Source: Gammaproteobacteria bacterium (lineage in GTDB: Bacteria; Pseudomonadota; Gammaproteobacteria; UBA4575). From it: 64,000 nucleotides of DNA. The notes under the pieces are model-generated. The model saw only the letters and a program-made list of their open reading frames with translations, was not told the origin of the DNA and ran no database searches. Below, piece after piece: positions 43,539-52,792 of the stretch; the stretch's first letter is position 1; the number at the start of each line of letters is the position of its first letter. The stretch spans positions 1 to 64,000 of the forward strand of contig CBDEUS010000002.1 of assembly GCA_965243395.1 (NCBI GenBank), read 5' to 3'. Both the position numbers and the translations under genes were made by a program.

Positions 43539-44366
43539 ATGGAAATGAATGATAAACGGCTCAAGGAATTGGTCAATCCTGTTTGTGAAATTGCAAAACA
43601 GGCTGGTGCAGAGATCATGAAAATTTATTCTGAAGGATTTGAAATTCAGGAAAAAAATGATCATTCACCGCTCACAACAGCAGACCTCGCATCACATACT
43701 CTAATTATTAACAAGCTAACAGACCTCACACCCGAAATTCCAATTTTATCTGAGGAATCTGCTTCAATTTCTTTTGATGAACGCTCTAGTTGGGAGTCGT
43801 ATTGGCTGATTGACCCATTAGACGGAACACGTGAATTTATAAAACGTAATGGTGAATTTACGGTAAATATCGCTTTAGTTACTGAACATAACTCAAGCCT
43901 TGGAGTTGTTCATATCCCCGTGCAAGATATCACGTATTTTGCATCCAGGAATCACGGCGCATGCAAGCAAGTTGGAAATGGTGCTGCCGAAAAAATAACA
44001 GTTCGTAATTCAACGCCTGATAGTAAACCCACCATCTGTGGGAGCCGTTCTCATGCTGGAAAATCTTTACAAGCCTTACAAAATGAAATTGGTGAATTCG
44101 AACTTATTAGCATGGGCAGCTCAATAAAAATGTGTTTAGTTGCTGAAGGTGTTGCGGATATTTACCCGCGTTTTGGGCCGACATCAGAATGGGATACGGC
44201 TGCTGCACACTGTGTTGTAAATGAGGCCGGGGGCAAAATTGTGAATACTGATCTAGAAACTTTACCTTACAATACTAAAGATTCTTTACTTAACCCTTCG
44301 TTTATTGCAATTGGCGATATGAATCAACAATGGCGAGATTTTTTAACTAACCACCTAAACAACTAA
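43539..44366 (+). CDS. cysQ: 3'(2'),5'-bisphosphate nucleotidase
   Basis: SPLT.AD, LSEE, DPLDGTREF, SRSH, EWDTAA. Confidence 0.96.
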   Translation: MEMNDKRLKELVNPVCEIAKQAGAEIMKIYSEGFEIQEKNDHSPLTTADLASHTLIINKLTDLTPEIPILSEESASISFDERSSWESYWLIDPLDGTREFIKRNGEFTVNIALVTEHNSSLGVVHIPVQDITYFASRNHGACKQVGNGAAEKITVRNSTPDSKPTICGSRSHAGKSLQALQNEIGEFELISMGSSIKMCLVAEGVADIYPRFGPTSEWDTAAAHCVVNEAGGKIVNTDLETLPYNTKDSLLNPSFIAIGDMNQQWRDFLTNHLNN

Positions 44367-44782
44367 AAAGCTGGTAAATCTCCGTCCAGAAACCAAGTTT
44401 CGGCCTCTTCTACGTACCACCAACTTTGTGTATCACGTAGCGTCTTCACTGCATTAGTAGTTTCAAAATAGTATGAAACTTCAGCTTCCACTATAGCCGT
44501 TTTTAGCTCTTCGCCCATAGCTACTCTCTTAATTTCATAATCCGTAACACGTATATCTTTATAGTCGTCAAGATTAACTTCTACTTCAGATTCATCCTGT
44601 CGACGGATCATATTCACAGCACCTTCATATTCCCGCCAACGTAGTAATCGTCCATATAGTTTGGATCGTTCATCAAAAGAATTAAGCGTTTTGTTTTTTT
44701 GTGTCGAAGCGCAGCCTTCTATAGATAAAACTGAAACAAATAAGATACTAATTGCGAATAAAATTAAATTGGTTTTCATCAC
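44363..44782 (-). CDS. Putative lipoprotein
   Basis: Basic N-terminus, hydrophobic stretch and IEG-C lipobox-like motif. Confidence 0.7.
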   Translation of the reverse strand: MMKTNLILFAISILFVSVLSIEGCASTQKNKTLNSFDERSKLYGRLLRWREYEGAVNMIRRQDESEVEVNLDDYKDIRVTDYEIKRVAMGEELKTAIVEAEVSYYFETTNAVKTLRDTQSWWYVEEAETWFLDGDLPAF

Positions 44783-44796
44783 TAATCAGAGCCTTC

Positions 44797-45816
44797 TTAA
44801 CCCCAACCTTGTAAGACAATTTTGCCAATAGTATGGCGACCTTCAATTTCTGCATGTGCAGATTTTAAATTCGTTGCGTTGATCGGCTCTAGCACTTTAT
44901 TAGAAGTAGTTTTAATTGCCCCAGAATCAACTAATTCAGCAACACGGTTTAATAAATTATGTTGTTCAATCATATCCTCTGTTTCATACATGGAACGCGT
45001 AAACATAAACTCCCAAGCAAAGGTTGCACTTTTACTTTTGAGCGCACCTAAATCAACATTACCCGCAGTTTCTACTATTGAACATATTTTACCTTGCGGT
45101 TTTATTACTGTGGCCATAGATTGCCAATGCTCGTCTGTGTCATTAAAACATAAGATATAGTCGTATCCATCGATACCAATTTCTTGTACCTGCTCCGATA
45201 TATCCAGGTAATGATTAATAATATGATCCACGCCTAATTCTTTACACCATTTTTTTGACTCAGGTCGTGAAGCTGTAACCGTAATAGAAAGCTTGGTGAG
45301 TTGTTTAGCAAATTGCGTGGCCATAGAACCAACACCACCTGCTCCACCTATAATCAGTAATTCTTTGCCAGCTTCTTCATCCCCCTGAATAATTCCTAGA
45401 CGATCAAACATCGACTCCCATGCCGTAATACTCGTTAAAGGCATTGCCGCAGCTTGCGTAAAGTCTAATGATTTGGGTTTATTGCCAACAATTCGCTCAT
45501 CGACAATATGAAATTCACTATTACAACCCGGTTGCACAAAACTACCAGCATAAAAAACTTCGTCACCCACTTTAAACAAAGTTGCCTCTGGCCCAACAGC
45601 GGCTACCACCCCTGCTGCGTCCCAGCCTAAAATTCTTGGGCTTTCTTCCACTTTATCTTGAGGGGCACGCATCTTAGTATCCACAGGATTGACCGCAACC
45701 GCTCGCACCTCCACCAATAATTCACGACCCTGTGGACTTGGTTTTTCAATCTCTACATCGACTAAAGAATCGGGGGCATCAATGGGAAGATATTTATATA
45801 AGCCAACTGCTTTCAA
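44797..45816 (-). CDS. Zinc-binding alcohol dehydrogenase / quinone reductase-like MDR family protein
   Basis: AVNPVDTK, LGWDAAG, GGAGGVGS, WEFMFTR. Confidence 0.92.
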   Translation of the reverse strand: MKAVGLYKYLPIDAPDSLVDVEIEKPSPQGRELLVEVRAVAVNPVDTKMRAPQDKVEESPRILGWDAAGVVAAVGPEATLFKVGDEVFYAGSFVQPGCNSEFHIVDERIVGNKPKSLDFTQAAAMPLTSITAWESMFDRLGIIQGDEEAGKELLIIGGAGGVGSMATQFAKQLTKLSITVTASRPESKKWCKELGVDHIINHYLDISEQVQEIGIDGYDYILCFNDTDEHWQSMATVIKPQGKICSIVETAGNVDLGALKSKSATFAWEFMFTRSMYETEDMIEQHNLLNRVAELVDSGAIKTTSNKVLEPINATNLKSAHAEIEGRHTIGKIVLQGWG

Positions 45817-45998
45817 GATCGGTCTCCATACAAGTTTTATTAATGAATTATTTGTTAATACATATTATTTCATAGTGAGGACATGGATGTCCGAATATGA
45901 GTTAAATCATGGGTTATTTGAACAAATTAAAGCCATGTGAACTATAAATGACCAATATGATGTCAATATTATATGGGCTCGTGAATATGATCGCTTCG

Positions 45999-46047
45999 AC
46001 CGCCATGGACGACGGGAGTGCAGAAATTACTAAAAAATATTCTGTCG
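45999..46047. repeat. Degenerate ~50-bp intergenic repeat, copy 2
   Basis: accgccatggacgacgggagtgcagaaatt...ttctgtcg aligns with 31991-32040. Confidence 0.45.
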
Positions 46048-46099
46048 GCGTAAAAAAGTTGCAACTTGGATGTTGCTGTAGGAGCAATATTCTACGATT

Positions 46100-46411
46100 T
46101 TAAAATTTATCTAATCTAAATACCTGTGCATCACTTAGATACATAACTATTGCATAATTCTCGAAATATTTGTCCTTTAGGTAAGCTGAAATTTGTTTAG
46201 CTAGCTCTATGTTGCATATTATTTCAACACGAATATTACTTTCTGTTTCCCAACTTCCCATTCGTGAGCCACGACGGCCTTTACCGCGCGCATTAACTAT
46301 CGTGTAACCATTCACACCCAGTTTTTCAAAATCATCTACTAAAGAAGACTCGATAGTTGCTTCAGTTATAATTGTTAGAACTTTAATTTTGTGAATATTT
46401 TCAGTAGCCAT
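46100..46411 (-). CDS. sbtB: P-II-like regulator (SbtB-like)
   Basis: IITE, GVNGYTI..ARGKG.RG, NIRVEIIC; 5 nt downstream of sbtA. Confidence 0.82.
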   Translation of the reverse strand: MATENIHKIKVLTIITEATIESSLVDDFEKLGVNGYTIVNARGKGRRGSRMGSWETESNIRVEIICNIELAKQISAYLKDKYFENYAIVMYLSDAQVFRLDKF

Positions 46412-46416
46412 AAATT

Positions 46417-47358
46417 TTATCCCGTAGTGACACTATACAAAAACTCGGCTAATGATAAATAAATTGGAATTCCTAAAATTACATTAAACGAAAATGTAAT
46501 TCCAAGTGACGCAGTAAGCGAGAGTGTGGGATTTGCTTCAGGAACAGAAATACGCATCGCGGCAGGAACTGCAATGTATGACGCGCTTGCTGCTAAAGTC
46601 GCTAACATGCCAATGCCGCCGATTGATAATCCTAAAAGTAAACCGATAAATCCTCCAATGACTGCAGATAATAATGGCATTAGGATTCCGAAAATAGCCA
46701 AAAATAAACCGTGATCTTTCAGGGTGCCTACTTGCATGGCTGCAATTAGTCCCATTTCAAGCAAAAAGATTGCAAGCACTCCTTTGAATAAATCAAAAAA
46801 TAGTGGTTGTATTGATGATATTCCATCTGGCCCTGCTATCCACCCAATAAATAAACCACCTACTAACAATATAATTCCTTTACCGAGGAAAACTTCATGA
46901 AATACAAATGACCACTGCGTATCTCTAGAGATTCCTTTTGCAAGAATAATTCCAACCAAAATTGCGGGAATTTCCAGAAGAACTAAAAGTAGAGGCATGT
47001 ACTCTTCGTAGAAAATATTTCTAGTTCCATAATAAGCTACAGCGACAGCAAATGTACCAACACTAACAGACCCATAGTGAGCGGCTATAGATGCTGCATC
47101 TGCCTTTTTAAATCTTCCTAAATAACGCAAAATTGGGAATGCAACCAATGTCAAAATTGCTCCCATTAAAATCACGGCCAACATATCCGGAATAAGGCTA
47201 ATGAGAGATTGTTTTGCCAGCTCAACTCCGCCCTTTAATCCAATCGAGATAAGAAGCAGAAAACTAATAAACTCATAAATCTGAGTAGGCAATCGCAACG
47301 TAGAACGAAAGATACCAGCTAAAAATCCCAATAAAAAAAATAAGATAATGGGGTCGAT
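46417..47358 (-). CDS. sbtA: Sodium-dependent bicarbonate transporter family permease (possible ATC start)
   Basis: IGLKGG, AAHYGSVS, FLLEMG, ASASYIAVPAAMR, N...GIP.Y. The frame extends upstream to DPIILFFLLG. Confidence 0.9.
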   Translation of the reverse strand: MDPIILFFLLGFLAGIFRSTLRLPTQIYEFISFLLLISIGLKGGVELAKQSLISLIPDMLAVILMGAILTLVAFPILRYLGRFKKADAASIAAHYGSVSVGTFAVAVAYYGTRNIFYEEYMPLLLVLLEIPAILVGIILAKGISRDTQWSFVFHEVFLGKGIILLVGGLFIGWIAGPDGISSIQPLFFDLFKGVLAIFLLEMGLIAAMQVGTLKDHGLFLAIFGILMPLLSAVIGGFIGLLLGLSIGGIGMLATLAASASYIAVPAAMRISVPEANPTLSLTASLGITFSFNVILGIPIYLSLAEFLYSVTTG

Positions 47359-47628
47359 GTTATTTCCTTTAATTTTTTCTATTCAATGCGTACTCAAGAC
47401 TTAAGCTACTAAATACTTCTTGAAACCCAACGATATCAGGCTACGCGTTCTTCAATATATGCATGGACCAAGTAATTTTTTGTTCATGCTCATCCGGAGT
47501 AAAAGCGGGTTGTTCGTAATAACGAACGCCTGGACGCACTAGATGTAGAAAATTAAATTAAGCAACACGAAAATTCATTTATCTATTTCGTGCACATTTG
47601 AAAAACAGTTTATTAAAACTGTACTTAA

Positions 47629-47910
47629 TTAATGCGTATGTACAACCTCGCCTTTTCGATGCAAATAAATTGCACAAGCTACGCGTAAAAAGGAAGTAAA
47701 ATTTTGTACGTCTTTATGCGTGTCTAAAATCTCATCGTACAGTACATTGATAAATTGAGGCACGCTTTGGCTTTCTTCCTCTGCCATTTGGTCAAGTATT
47801 TCCCAGAATTCATTTTCTAATCGAATACTGGTTACACAGCCTTGAATGCGAATGGATCGACAATCACTATCGTAGCGATCCGGAGGTGTACCGGTATATA
47901 TATTACACAT
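47629..47910 (-). CDS. Ribbon-helix-helix (RHH_4-like) domain protein
   Basis: RSIRIQGCVTSIRLENEFW.IL, NFTSFLRV.C. Confidence 0.85.
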   Translation of the reverse strand: MCNIYTGTPPDRYDSDCRSIRIQGCVTSIRLENEFWEILDQMAEEESQSVPQFINVLYDEILDTHKDVQNFTSFLRVACAIYLHRKGEVVHTH

Positions 47911-48068
47911 AGGACTGAACCTTAATTAAATTATGGTTTTAATTATTGTTATATATTTTTTAGTACTCTTATTTATAGTGCAACTAATATATATGTACAA
48001 GTAGTATTCCTTTACTACCTGAATATTCGTTAGGTTTTTATACTTAATTTATAAACAAGAGGATAAAA

Positions 48069-48464
48069 ATGGCAAAAGTAATTCATTCAATGATACGAGT
48101 GCTCGATGTAGATCGCTCTAAAGAATTTTATGAAAAAGCATTTGGACTTAAAGAAAAACGCTATTTGGATTTCGATGATTTTGCTCTGGTGTATCTAGGT
48201 AATGATGAAAACGATTTTGAAATCGAACTGACTCTAAATAAGGGTCAAAAAGATGCTTACACTCATGGCAATGGCTATGGACATATAGCGGTGTGTGTAG
48301 ATGACTTAGATTCAGAGCATGCACGTATAAAATCCTTGGGTTATGCGCCACAGGATGTGGTGGAATTTAGCCCTGGCGGTGAATTACTAGCAAAGTTTTT
48401 CTTCATTAAAGATCCGGACGGATACGAAATTGAAGTTTTACAGAGGCACGGAGCCTATACATAA
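48069..48464 (+). CDS. VOC / glyoxalase I family protein
   Basis: HSMIRV.D..RS..FY, EIELT.N, GYGHIA, DPDGYEIE. Confidence 0.9.
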   Translation: MAKVIHSMIRVLDVDRSKEFYEKAFGLKEKRYLDFDDFALVYLGNDENDFEIELTLNKGQKDAYTHGNGYGHIAVCVDDLDSEHARIKSLGYAPQDVVEFSPGGELLAKFFFIKDPDGYEIEVLQRHGAYT

Positions 48465-48536
48465 AAAGGAAATCTATAAATAAATTTATCGCCTCACAAA
48501 AATAATAATAATTGAGGCTTAGCGGAGGAGGTATCT

Positions 48537-49103
48537 ATGTTAGACCTTGATCTAACGCGTCGTGAGTTTTTACAAACTAGCGGCACAGTCCTTATGGGGA
48601 CGATTGCAACTGGCTCAGGTATTTTAAGCATGTTGGCACCCAGCCAAACATGGGCCTTAGAGCTTACAAAACTAGATAAATCTACAGGACATGCGCTGTT
48701 ACTGGCCACGCGGCAAATTCTTCCGCATGACACTCTCGATGATGCTGTCTATGCACTTGTTGTGAAGGATTTAGATGCTGCTGCGGCAGGCGATGATGCA
48801 GTAGCAAAATTACTCACAGATGGCGTTGCTCAGTTAAACGCAGATGCAGGGGGTGATTGGTCTGGAGCAAATGGGGACAAACAATCCGCTGTAATTGAAA
48901 AAATGGCCGGCAATGATTTCTTTGAAAAAATTCGCGGTACAGCCATTGTTTCGCTTTATAACAATGAAATGGCCTGGGCACATTTTGGCTATGAAGGGGA
49001 TGCGTGGAAACATGGTGGTTATTTAACTCGTGGTTTCGATGATTTGAATTGGCTGCCTGATCCACCCGCGGATGCAAGTCCACCGGCTTATGCTGCTGAA
49101 TAA
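48537..49103 (+). CDS. Tat-exported small subunit of a GMC dehydrogenase (gluconate 2-dehydrogenase subunit 3-like)
   Basis: TRREFL Tat motif; PHD.L, W..FGYEG, GGYL.RGF.DL.WLP; precedes the GMC gene. Confidence 0.82.
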   Translation: MLDLDLTRREFLQTSGTVLMGTIATGSGILSMLAPSQTWALELTKLDKSTGHALLLATRQILPHDTLDDAVYALVVKDLDAAAAGDDAVAKLLTDGVAQLNADAGGDWSGANGDKQSAVIEKMAGNDFFEKIRGTAIVSLYNNEMAWAHFGYEGDAWKHGGYLTRGFDDLNWLPDPPADASPPAYAAE

Positions 49104-49114
49104 GGAGAATTACA

Positions 49115-50683
49115 ATGGCTAAATATGATTTAAATGATAACGGCGTAGTAGTTGTAATCGGGTCCGGTGCAGGCGGAGGAACACTTGCAAATGAGTTATG
49201 CCAAAAAGGCATCCAAGTAGTTTTACTTGAGGCAGGTAAACGTGAAAACAATGAGAGTTTTGTTAATGATGAGTGGTCATCATTCGGACAAATTTCGTGG
49301 CTCGATTCACGCAGCTCTTCTGGCACTTGGAGAGTAGGCAAAGACTTTAACGGCTTACCAGCATGGATTTGTAAAACGGTCGGCGGTTCAACTACACACT
49401 GGGCAGGTGCAAGCTTACGATTTCAAGAGCACGAATTTAGAGTAAAAACTGAATACGGTGATATAGACGGTGCCAATATGCTCGATTGGCCTATTACTCT
49501 AAAAGATCTTGAACCTTACTACGCAAAAGCCGAAGACAAAATGGGCGTTACGCGAACGAATGATGTCCCGGGCTTACCTGGTAATAATAATTTCAAAGTG
49601 ATGTATGCCGGTGCAAAAAAACTGGGTTACAAGCACTGCCATACCGGGCGCATGGCAATTAACAGTAAGCCACGTGATGGGCGTGGAGCATGCTTGCAAT
49701 TAGGTTTTTGTTTCCAAGGTTGTAAAACCGGGGCTAAATGGTCCACCTTAGTTGCAGAAATTCCTAAAGCTGAAAAAACTGGAAAATTAGATTTACGCCC
49801 TGAATCACATGTCTTAAAAATAGAACAAGACAAATCAGGAAAAGTAACCGGTGTTGTGTATGCGGATGCCGATGGTAATCAGCACATGCAAAAAGCGCGT
49901 GCGGTTTGTGTTGCAGGAAACTCCATTGAAACACCGCGCTTATTATTAAATTCTGAGAATAGTCATAGTCCAGATGGCCTCGCAAATTCATCCGGCCAAG
50001 TGGGTAAAAACTACATGCGTCATATGACGGGTTCCGTGTATGCAGCATTTGAAAAACCTGTACATATGTGGCGTGGTACTACCATGGCAGGAATCATCAC
50101 CGACGAATCCATCAATGATCCAAAACGAGGTTTTGTGGGAGGCTATGAGATGGAGACCTTATCCATAGGCCTACCCTTTATGGCAGCATTTTTGGACCCC
50201 GGCGCATGGGGCCGGGACTTTACCAGAAAGATGGATACTTATAGTCATATGGCAGGTATGTGGCTAGTAGGAGAAGATTTACCGCAAGAAACCAATGCCG
50301 TAACTTTACATTCAGAAAATAAAGATCAGCATGGTATGCCCACACCGAATGTGCATTTTGATGATCATGAAAATGACATTGCAATGCGCAATCATGCTTA
50401 TAAGCAGGGATCTGCGATATATGATGCGGCCGGCGCTAAAGAAAACTATTTAGTTCCACCGTATCCTTCTACACATAACCTTGGTACTTGTCGTATGAGT
50501 GCCGAAGCAAAAGATGGCGTGTGCAATGCGCATGGCCAAACTCATGACATTTCCAACTTATTCATATCAGACGGTAGTCAGTTCACAACAGGTGCAGCAG
50601 AAAATCCAACTCTCACTATTGTAACCTTGGCTATTCGTCAAGCAGATTACATTGCGAAACAATTAAGTGAAAAAGCAATCTAG
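49115..50683 (+). CDS. GMC-family FAD oxidoreductase, large subunit
   Basis: VIGSGAGG, VGGSTTHW, Cys motif CLQLGFCFQGC, HNLGTCRM, ENPTLT. Confidence 0.93.
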   Translation: MAKYDLNDNGVVVVIGSGAGGGTLANELCQKGIQVVLLEAGKRENNESFVNDEWSSFGQISWLDSRSSSGTWRVGKDFNGLPAWICKTVGGSTTHWAGASLRFQEHEFRVKTEYGDIDGANMLDWPITLKDLEPYYAKAEDKMGVTRTNDVPGLPGNNNFKVMYAGAKKLGYKHCHTGRMAINSKPRDGRGACLQLGFCFQGCKTGAKWSTLVAEIPKAEKTGKLDLRPESHVLKIEQDKSGKVTGVVYADADGNQHMQKARAVCVAGNSIETPRLLLNSENSHSPDGLANSSGQVGKNYMRHMTGSVYAAFEKPVHMWRGTTMAGIITDESINDPKRGFVGGYEMETLSIGLPFMAAFLDPGAWGRDFTRKMDTYSHMAGMWLVGEDLPQETNAVTLHSENKDQHGMPTPNVHFDDHENDIAMRNHAYKQGSAIYDAAGAKENYLVPPYPSTHNLGTCRMSAEAKDGVCNAHGQTHDISNLFISDGSQFTTGAAENPTLTIVTLAIRQADYIAKQLSEKAI

Positions 50684-50700
50684 TTAATCTGTTTTCATAA

Positions 50701-50736
50701 GTATAAAAAAGCCTCTACTCAGAGGCTTTTTTATAC
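50701..50736. terminator. Intrinsic terminator
   Basis: Perfect 16-bp inverted repeat gtataaaaaagcctct-actc-agaggcttttttatac after the GMC gene. Confidence 0.92.
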
Positions 50737-51259
50737 CTTGTTAATAAATTTTATTAATAGAAAATATAAGATTTACGTGAATACCTGCAGTTTCAATCAT
50801 TAATGTTAATAGCTGAACAATAAACAAACTAAATACTGCTAAGACATCGAAAAGATATCACTTAAAAATTAGTGTTATTCGATATCCGAGAGTTAATGCT
50901 TTTAAATCAAGAGATTATTGACTATTTATGTCATAAATAAATATTTTCAGCTTCATAAATAGATATGAATTCGCTTATGAAGAACATTTAAAACTATTAT
51001 CAAGAGGCATCTACTTATCATGCATAATAAATATGTGTTATCGGTCTATGCCCTTCTTAAAATAATTTTATTCAAGAACACCGTATTGCCGATAAGTTTT
51101 TTAAACCCAAGATATAAGTAGATTGGCGGTTTAAACACAATAAGAAAATCGATAGATTAGAAGTGCAGATAAACTGCACCACTTAAATTATAAAAGCAAA
51201 AAACGATTAGCATACGCCACGTAAGTTAATTGGGACGTGCTATAGACGAGGGGTTATCA

Positions 51260-51799
51260 ATGAAAGCTAATTATTATCTTTCTCCTACTTTAAAAAGTAC
51301 GCATCAAATTTCAGATGATTTACATGAGGTTGGTATAAATGATTGGTTTATACATGTCATCAGTAAAGATGAATCTGGACTCAATAAAGAACATGTACAT
51401 TCTAGTAATTACTTAGAAACACTAGATGTTCTTCGTAATGGTGGTATTGGAGGTTTGATTGGTTTCATCATTGGTGTATTCGCGGCAGGCGCACTTATGT
51501 TTTTTAAACCCTTTGGACCTAATATGCCTGAATACGTGTACCTGATTGTGATTGTATTATTTACTTTATTTGGGATTTGGGAAGGCGGTTTAGCCGGTGT
51601 AGCGTGTGAGAATAAAAAACTCGCTAAGTTTCATGATGAATTAGAAGAAGGGAAATATTTAATCCTTATCTATACTGGTAAAAACCAGGAGGATGTAGTT
51701 AACGAAATGATGGTTCGCAAACATCCTGAAGCGCAATTAGTTGCAACGGATACTCAGTACTTCAACCCCTTCAGCCAGTTAAAAAGATTAGAAAGCTAA
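51260..51799 (+). CDS. Two-TM glycine-zipper-like membrane protein (DUF1269-like)
   Basis: GAGGGG RBS before ATG 51260; GGIGGLIGFIIG and FGIWEGGLAG helices; first gene of the oxidase cluster. Confidence 0.7.
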   Translation: MKANYYLSPTLKSTHQISDDLHEVGINDWFIHVISKDESGLNKEHVHSSNYLETLDVLRNGGIGGLIGFIIGVFAAGALMFFKPFGPNMPEYVYLIVIVLFTLFGIWEGGLAGVACENKKLAKFHDELEEGKYLILIYTGKNQEDVVNEMMVRKHPEAQLVATDTQYFNPFSQLKRLES

Positions 51800-51841
51800 T
51801 CTGAATAAATTTTAGAATACTTATTAATAAAAGATACTGCA

Positions 51842-52735
51842 GTGAACGCAACCTTAACAGCAACTAGAAATGTTTTAAGTGATTTTGTTGAGATCTGCAA
51901 ACCTCGTATTGCATTATTAGTTTTGGTAACCACTTTTTCAGGAATGTGGTTAGCAAGTAGTGCCAACTTATCCTTTGATCTTATCTTCTTAACTTTACTC
52001 GGAACTGGACTGGCTTCGGCGGCAAGTGGAGCATTTAATAATTATGTTGATCGCGAAGTAGATAAACTTATGGCGCGTACGCGCACTCGTGCCCTACCCT
52101 GCTCACGTCTACACCCTCAACAAGCTTTATGGTTGGGCGTAATGTTAAGTCTGTGGTCATTCGCAATTCTTTTCTATTTAGTCAATCCACTGACTGCTTT
52201 TTTAGTTCAAGCAACTACATTTTTTTATGTTGTGATCTACACCATGTGGTTGAAACGCACGTCTCCACTGTGTACTGAAGTTGGTGGCGTTGCCGGTGCG
52301 ATGCCACCCGTAATTGGCTGGGCTGCAGTAACCAATGAAATTGCATGGCCCGCACTAGTGATGTTTTTAATAATGTTTATTTGGCAACCTCCACATTTTT
52401 GGGCATTAGCATTATTGCGAAAAGATGAGTATCGAAAAGCAAATTTACCGATGTTGCCCGTAGTTAGCGGTGATCGCGCCACTAAAATTCGAATGTTGCT
52501 TTATACCATCGCCTTAGTGCCAGCAAGCTTAGCGATGTACTACTTAGATCTAGTTGGACCTACTTATTTAGTTTTAGCGTTAATACTAGGCATTGCATAT
52601 TTGGTTTTAACTATAGACTTTGCACGCAAACCGATTACACATAAAAGCACTCGAAAATTATTTGGGTTTTCGATTTTGTACTTATTAGGTTTATTCACAT
52701 TAATTTTTATTGATTGCCAATGTTATGTTGGATAG
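51842..52735 (+). CDS. cyoE: Protoheme IX farnesyltransferase (heme O synthase), copy 1
   Basis: KPRI, N...DREVD.LM.RT..R.LP, YT.WLKR, GA.PP..GW, WQPPHF. Confidence 0.95.
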   Translation: MNATLTATRNVLSDFVEICKPRIALLVLVTTFSGMWLASSANLSFDLIFLTLLGTGLASAASGAFNNYVDREVDKLMARTRTRALPCSRLHPQQALWLGVMLSLWSFAILFYLVNPLTAFLVQATTFFYVVIYTMWLKRTSPLCTEVGGVAGAMPPVIGWAAVTNEIAWPALVMFLIMFIWQPPHFWALALLRKDEYRKANLPMLPVVSGDRATKIRMLLYTIALVPASLAMYYLDLVGPTYLVLALILGIAYLVLTIDFARKPITHKSTRKLFGFSILYLLGLFTLIFIDCQCYVG

Positions 52736-52792
52736 GACAGTAGGGGCTTGTCTGATTACATATTAAAAAGTTTGAAATAGGGAGTAACTGAT

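Noticed and set aside
50737-51259. FNR box or small gene in the 520-bp spacer before the oxidase cluster
   Set aside because: I found no convincing TTGAT-N4-ATCAA site and no ORF with an RBS.
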